Source: Candidatus Latescibacterota bacterium
GTDB taxonomy: Bacteria; Latescibacterota; UBA2968; GCA-2709665
NCBI GenBank assembly: GCA_965205485.1
Contig: OZ242180.1
Location: 992,001-1,056,000, forward strand
DNA length: 64,000 nucleotides
Reading direction: 5' to 3'
A program made the position numbers and the translations under genes. Shown piece by piece: positions 62,292 through 64,000 of the stretch (its first letter is position 1; the number at the start of each line of letters is the position of its first letter). A model generated the notes under the pieces. The model searched no databases, was not told where the DNA came from, and saw nothing but the letters and a program-made list of their open reading frames with translations.

Positions 62292-64000
62292 CTATCGGAT
62301 GACCATGAACTTTCCTATCCGTTTTTTCCCCATACTCTCGGATACGAGAGATTCCACCACGAAGAAGTAGACGCCCGCGGAGATCGACCCCGTGCCCAGC
62401 GACATCGCCAACTGGTCCCACTGGGCTTCGCCCAGCCAGACGTTCGGATCGTCGGGCGCATCCGTGCGGTCGTCGTGCAGGATCTTTCCGACCATGTCGC
62501 CCGCGCTGTTGAACACGTAGATCCAGGCCTTGCTCGGCACATTCACGAACCGGATCTGCGGTTTGCCCGGGTACTGCAGATTCGCGTCGCCAACCCGGAA
62601 GGGATTGGGTACCACGAAGACCTCTCTGCCCAATGCCTCGGTCTCGCCAACCGCGGGCTGCTTCGGACTGAAGAACGGCGGCTTGCGCTGCGACCTGGCC
62701 CACTGGCCGCCTTCCAGGCCGGCCTTCACCTGCGCCTGCACAAGGGCGGGCAGGGTGGCCATGGTGCCCACGCGGCCCATCCAGTCCTCGTGGCCGTTGG
62801 CAAACGGCCTTACCGAATACCAGTAGTTGAAGCCGGCTACCGACTCGACGTCCGTAAACGTATGCGTCCCTGCAGCGACTTCGCCGATCCTTGTCCAGGG
62901 CCCGTCCGGGTTCCACTCGGAGCGGTAGATGCGGTAACCCGCCACGTCCTGCGCCTCCGCGCCGATATAGTCCGGGTTCATCGCGCCATCGGCCGAGTTC
63001 CAGGTGAGCAGGTTCTGCGCGTCCGGGCTGTTCGTCACCGCCACGTACACGTCCGGCGGCGAATCGGGGACGTCGTATTCATTATCATAAGCCCACTTCG
63101 CGCGCTTGAAGAACTCGACCATCCATTCCTCGCCCTTCTTCAGGCCGTCGAAGTCGTACAGATGCGAACGGGTCCAGGTGTAGAGGTCGCTCTCTCCGGC
63201 GCCCGATCCGCCCACCCAGGCCACCACCAGCTTGGCCTTGTCGCCGGGGCCAAGCGAATACGGCCCGAAGGTCTGGGCGCTGTAAAACACGCCGATCTCG
63301 CCGGGATTCGCCTGAAAGCCGGCATCCGCGATCATATTGAACATGGTCTCCCGGTCGTGCGCGCCGGGCCGCGGGTCTTCGGACACCGTGGTACTTTCGA
63401 TCCGCCAGAAGCGCACGGCGTGGGGCTGGTCGCCCTGGGGCTGGATATACTTGCCCGCGTCCCTGGTATTGAATCCCCAGTCCCCGCCGTCCTCATACGC
63501 CAGAGGACCGAAGCCCATATACTGATAGGAGGTGAATTCGCCATCCTTGCGGCCCGTATCGCAGGAGGGCGAAATAATCAGCTTGTTGACGGGATCACCG
63601 GTATCGTCCCACGGGAACTCCGGACTGTCGCCGTCCCAGTCAACGATCATCTTCAGACCTTTGGCCGGGCCAGAGTAACCGGCATTTTCGGTATAGACGA
63701 TCCAGTCGTCGAGACCGCCCACGTTGTACCAGTGCCAACTGTCCGACCGGTTGTAGTGGGAAAGCCCCGAATCAGAGATCATCCAGGCGCCGATGATGGG
63801 AACGAAAACGTCGTCCAGCCTTACCGCAGGCAGGTCCCTCTCGCCGTCTCCGTCGCTGTCGCCCGTGTTTTCGAATTCGATCTCGGTAATAATGAAGTCA
63901 TCCCACGCCGGATAGCTCCAGGCCATCGTGCGCCGCGTAAAGGTAACGCCGGCAAGCGTGGTCCACTTTGTCACGATGATCTCTTCCGGCCACTCGTCGG
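62292..64000 (-). CDS. Secreted protein with an FN3-like domain and a T9SS type A-like C-terminal sorting domain; N-terminus beyond the window
   Basis: Frame open to the window end. AGYRIYRS..FTD..YWYSV; CTD VFVVPNPF..IRFVNVP..IYVFNSAGD...SAGVYFF...GKFMVIR. Confidence 0.78.
   Translation of the reverse strand, partial: DEWPEEIIVTKWTTLAGVTFTRRTMAWSYPAWDDFIITEIEFENTGDSDGDGERDLPAVRLDDVFVPIIGAWMISDSGLSHYNRSDSWHWYNVGGLDDWIVYTENAGYSGPAKGLKMIVDWDGDSPEFPWDDTGDPVNKLIISPSCDTGRKDGEFTSYQYMGFGPLAYEDGGDWGFNTRDAGKYIQPQGDQPHAVRFWRIESTTVSEDPRPGAHDRETMFNMIADAGFQANPGEIGVFYSAQTFGPYSLGPGDKAKLVVAWVGGSGAGESDLYTWTRSHLYDFDGLKKGEEWMVEFFKRAKWAYDNEYDVPDSPPDVYVAVTNSPDAQNLLTWNSADGAMNPDYIGAEAQDVAGYRIYRSEWNPDGPWTRIGEVAAGTHTFTDVESVAGFNYWYSVRPFANGHEDWMGRVGTMATLPALVQAQVKAGLEGGQWARSQRKPPFFSPKQPAVGETEALGREVFVVPNPFRVGDANLQYPGKPQIRFVNVPSKAWIYVFNSAGDMVGKILHDDRTDAPDDPNVWLGEAQWDQLAMSLGTGSISAGVYFFVVESLVSESMGKKRIGKFMVIR

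Noticed and set aside
1..64000. rRNA, tRNA, integrase, transposase, prophage, retron or DGR
   Set aside because: No such signatures were recognised by eye; small RNAs could be missed without Infernal or tRNAscan.

Overview
High-GC bacterial window, densely coding, with every gene from 3.9 kb to the end on the minus strand. Gene content (PorV/PorQ, a T9SS-type C-terminal sorting domain, a GWxTD protein, 'DFDGDGxVxFxDF' dockerin/EF-hand tags, DUF6785 proteins, several Gfo/Idh/MocA and PhyH paralogues) suggests an FCB-group organism such as Ca. Latescibacterota; this is inference. About 40% of the window (~25.6 kb) encodes eight heparinase II/III-superfamily polysaccharide-lyase-like proteins. 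Four are ~1200-1280 aa fusions to an FG-GAP/PQQ-like beta-propeller, and six of the eight have no visible signal peptide. The best candidate for an undescribed system is a three-gene membrane module at 26.2-34.9 kb, directly upstream of two of these lyases. It comprises DUF6785, a 1570-aa protein fusing a degenerate nicastrin/nicalin-like M28 domain to an FtsX/MacB permease, and a second DUF6785, with no ATPase or SusCD pair in the window. The right end holds a T9SS-cargo/PorV/FGE-lipoprotein/TPR/CRTAC1/GWxTD envelope cluster. Also present: a probably leaderless BrnT/BrnA module with a perfect operator palindrome and repeat-rich flanks, a frameshifted lyase, an orphan m4C-type methyltransferase and REP-like repeats. 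No rRNA, tRNA, CRISPR array or transposase was seen. Family names come from motif recognition by eye, not from database searches.
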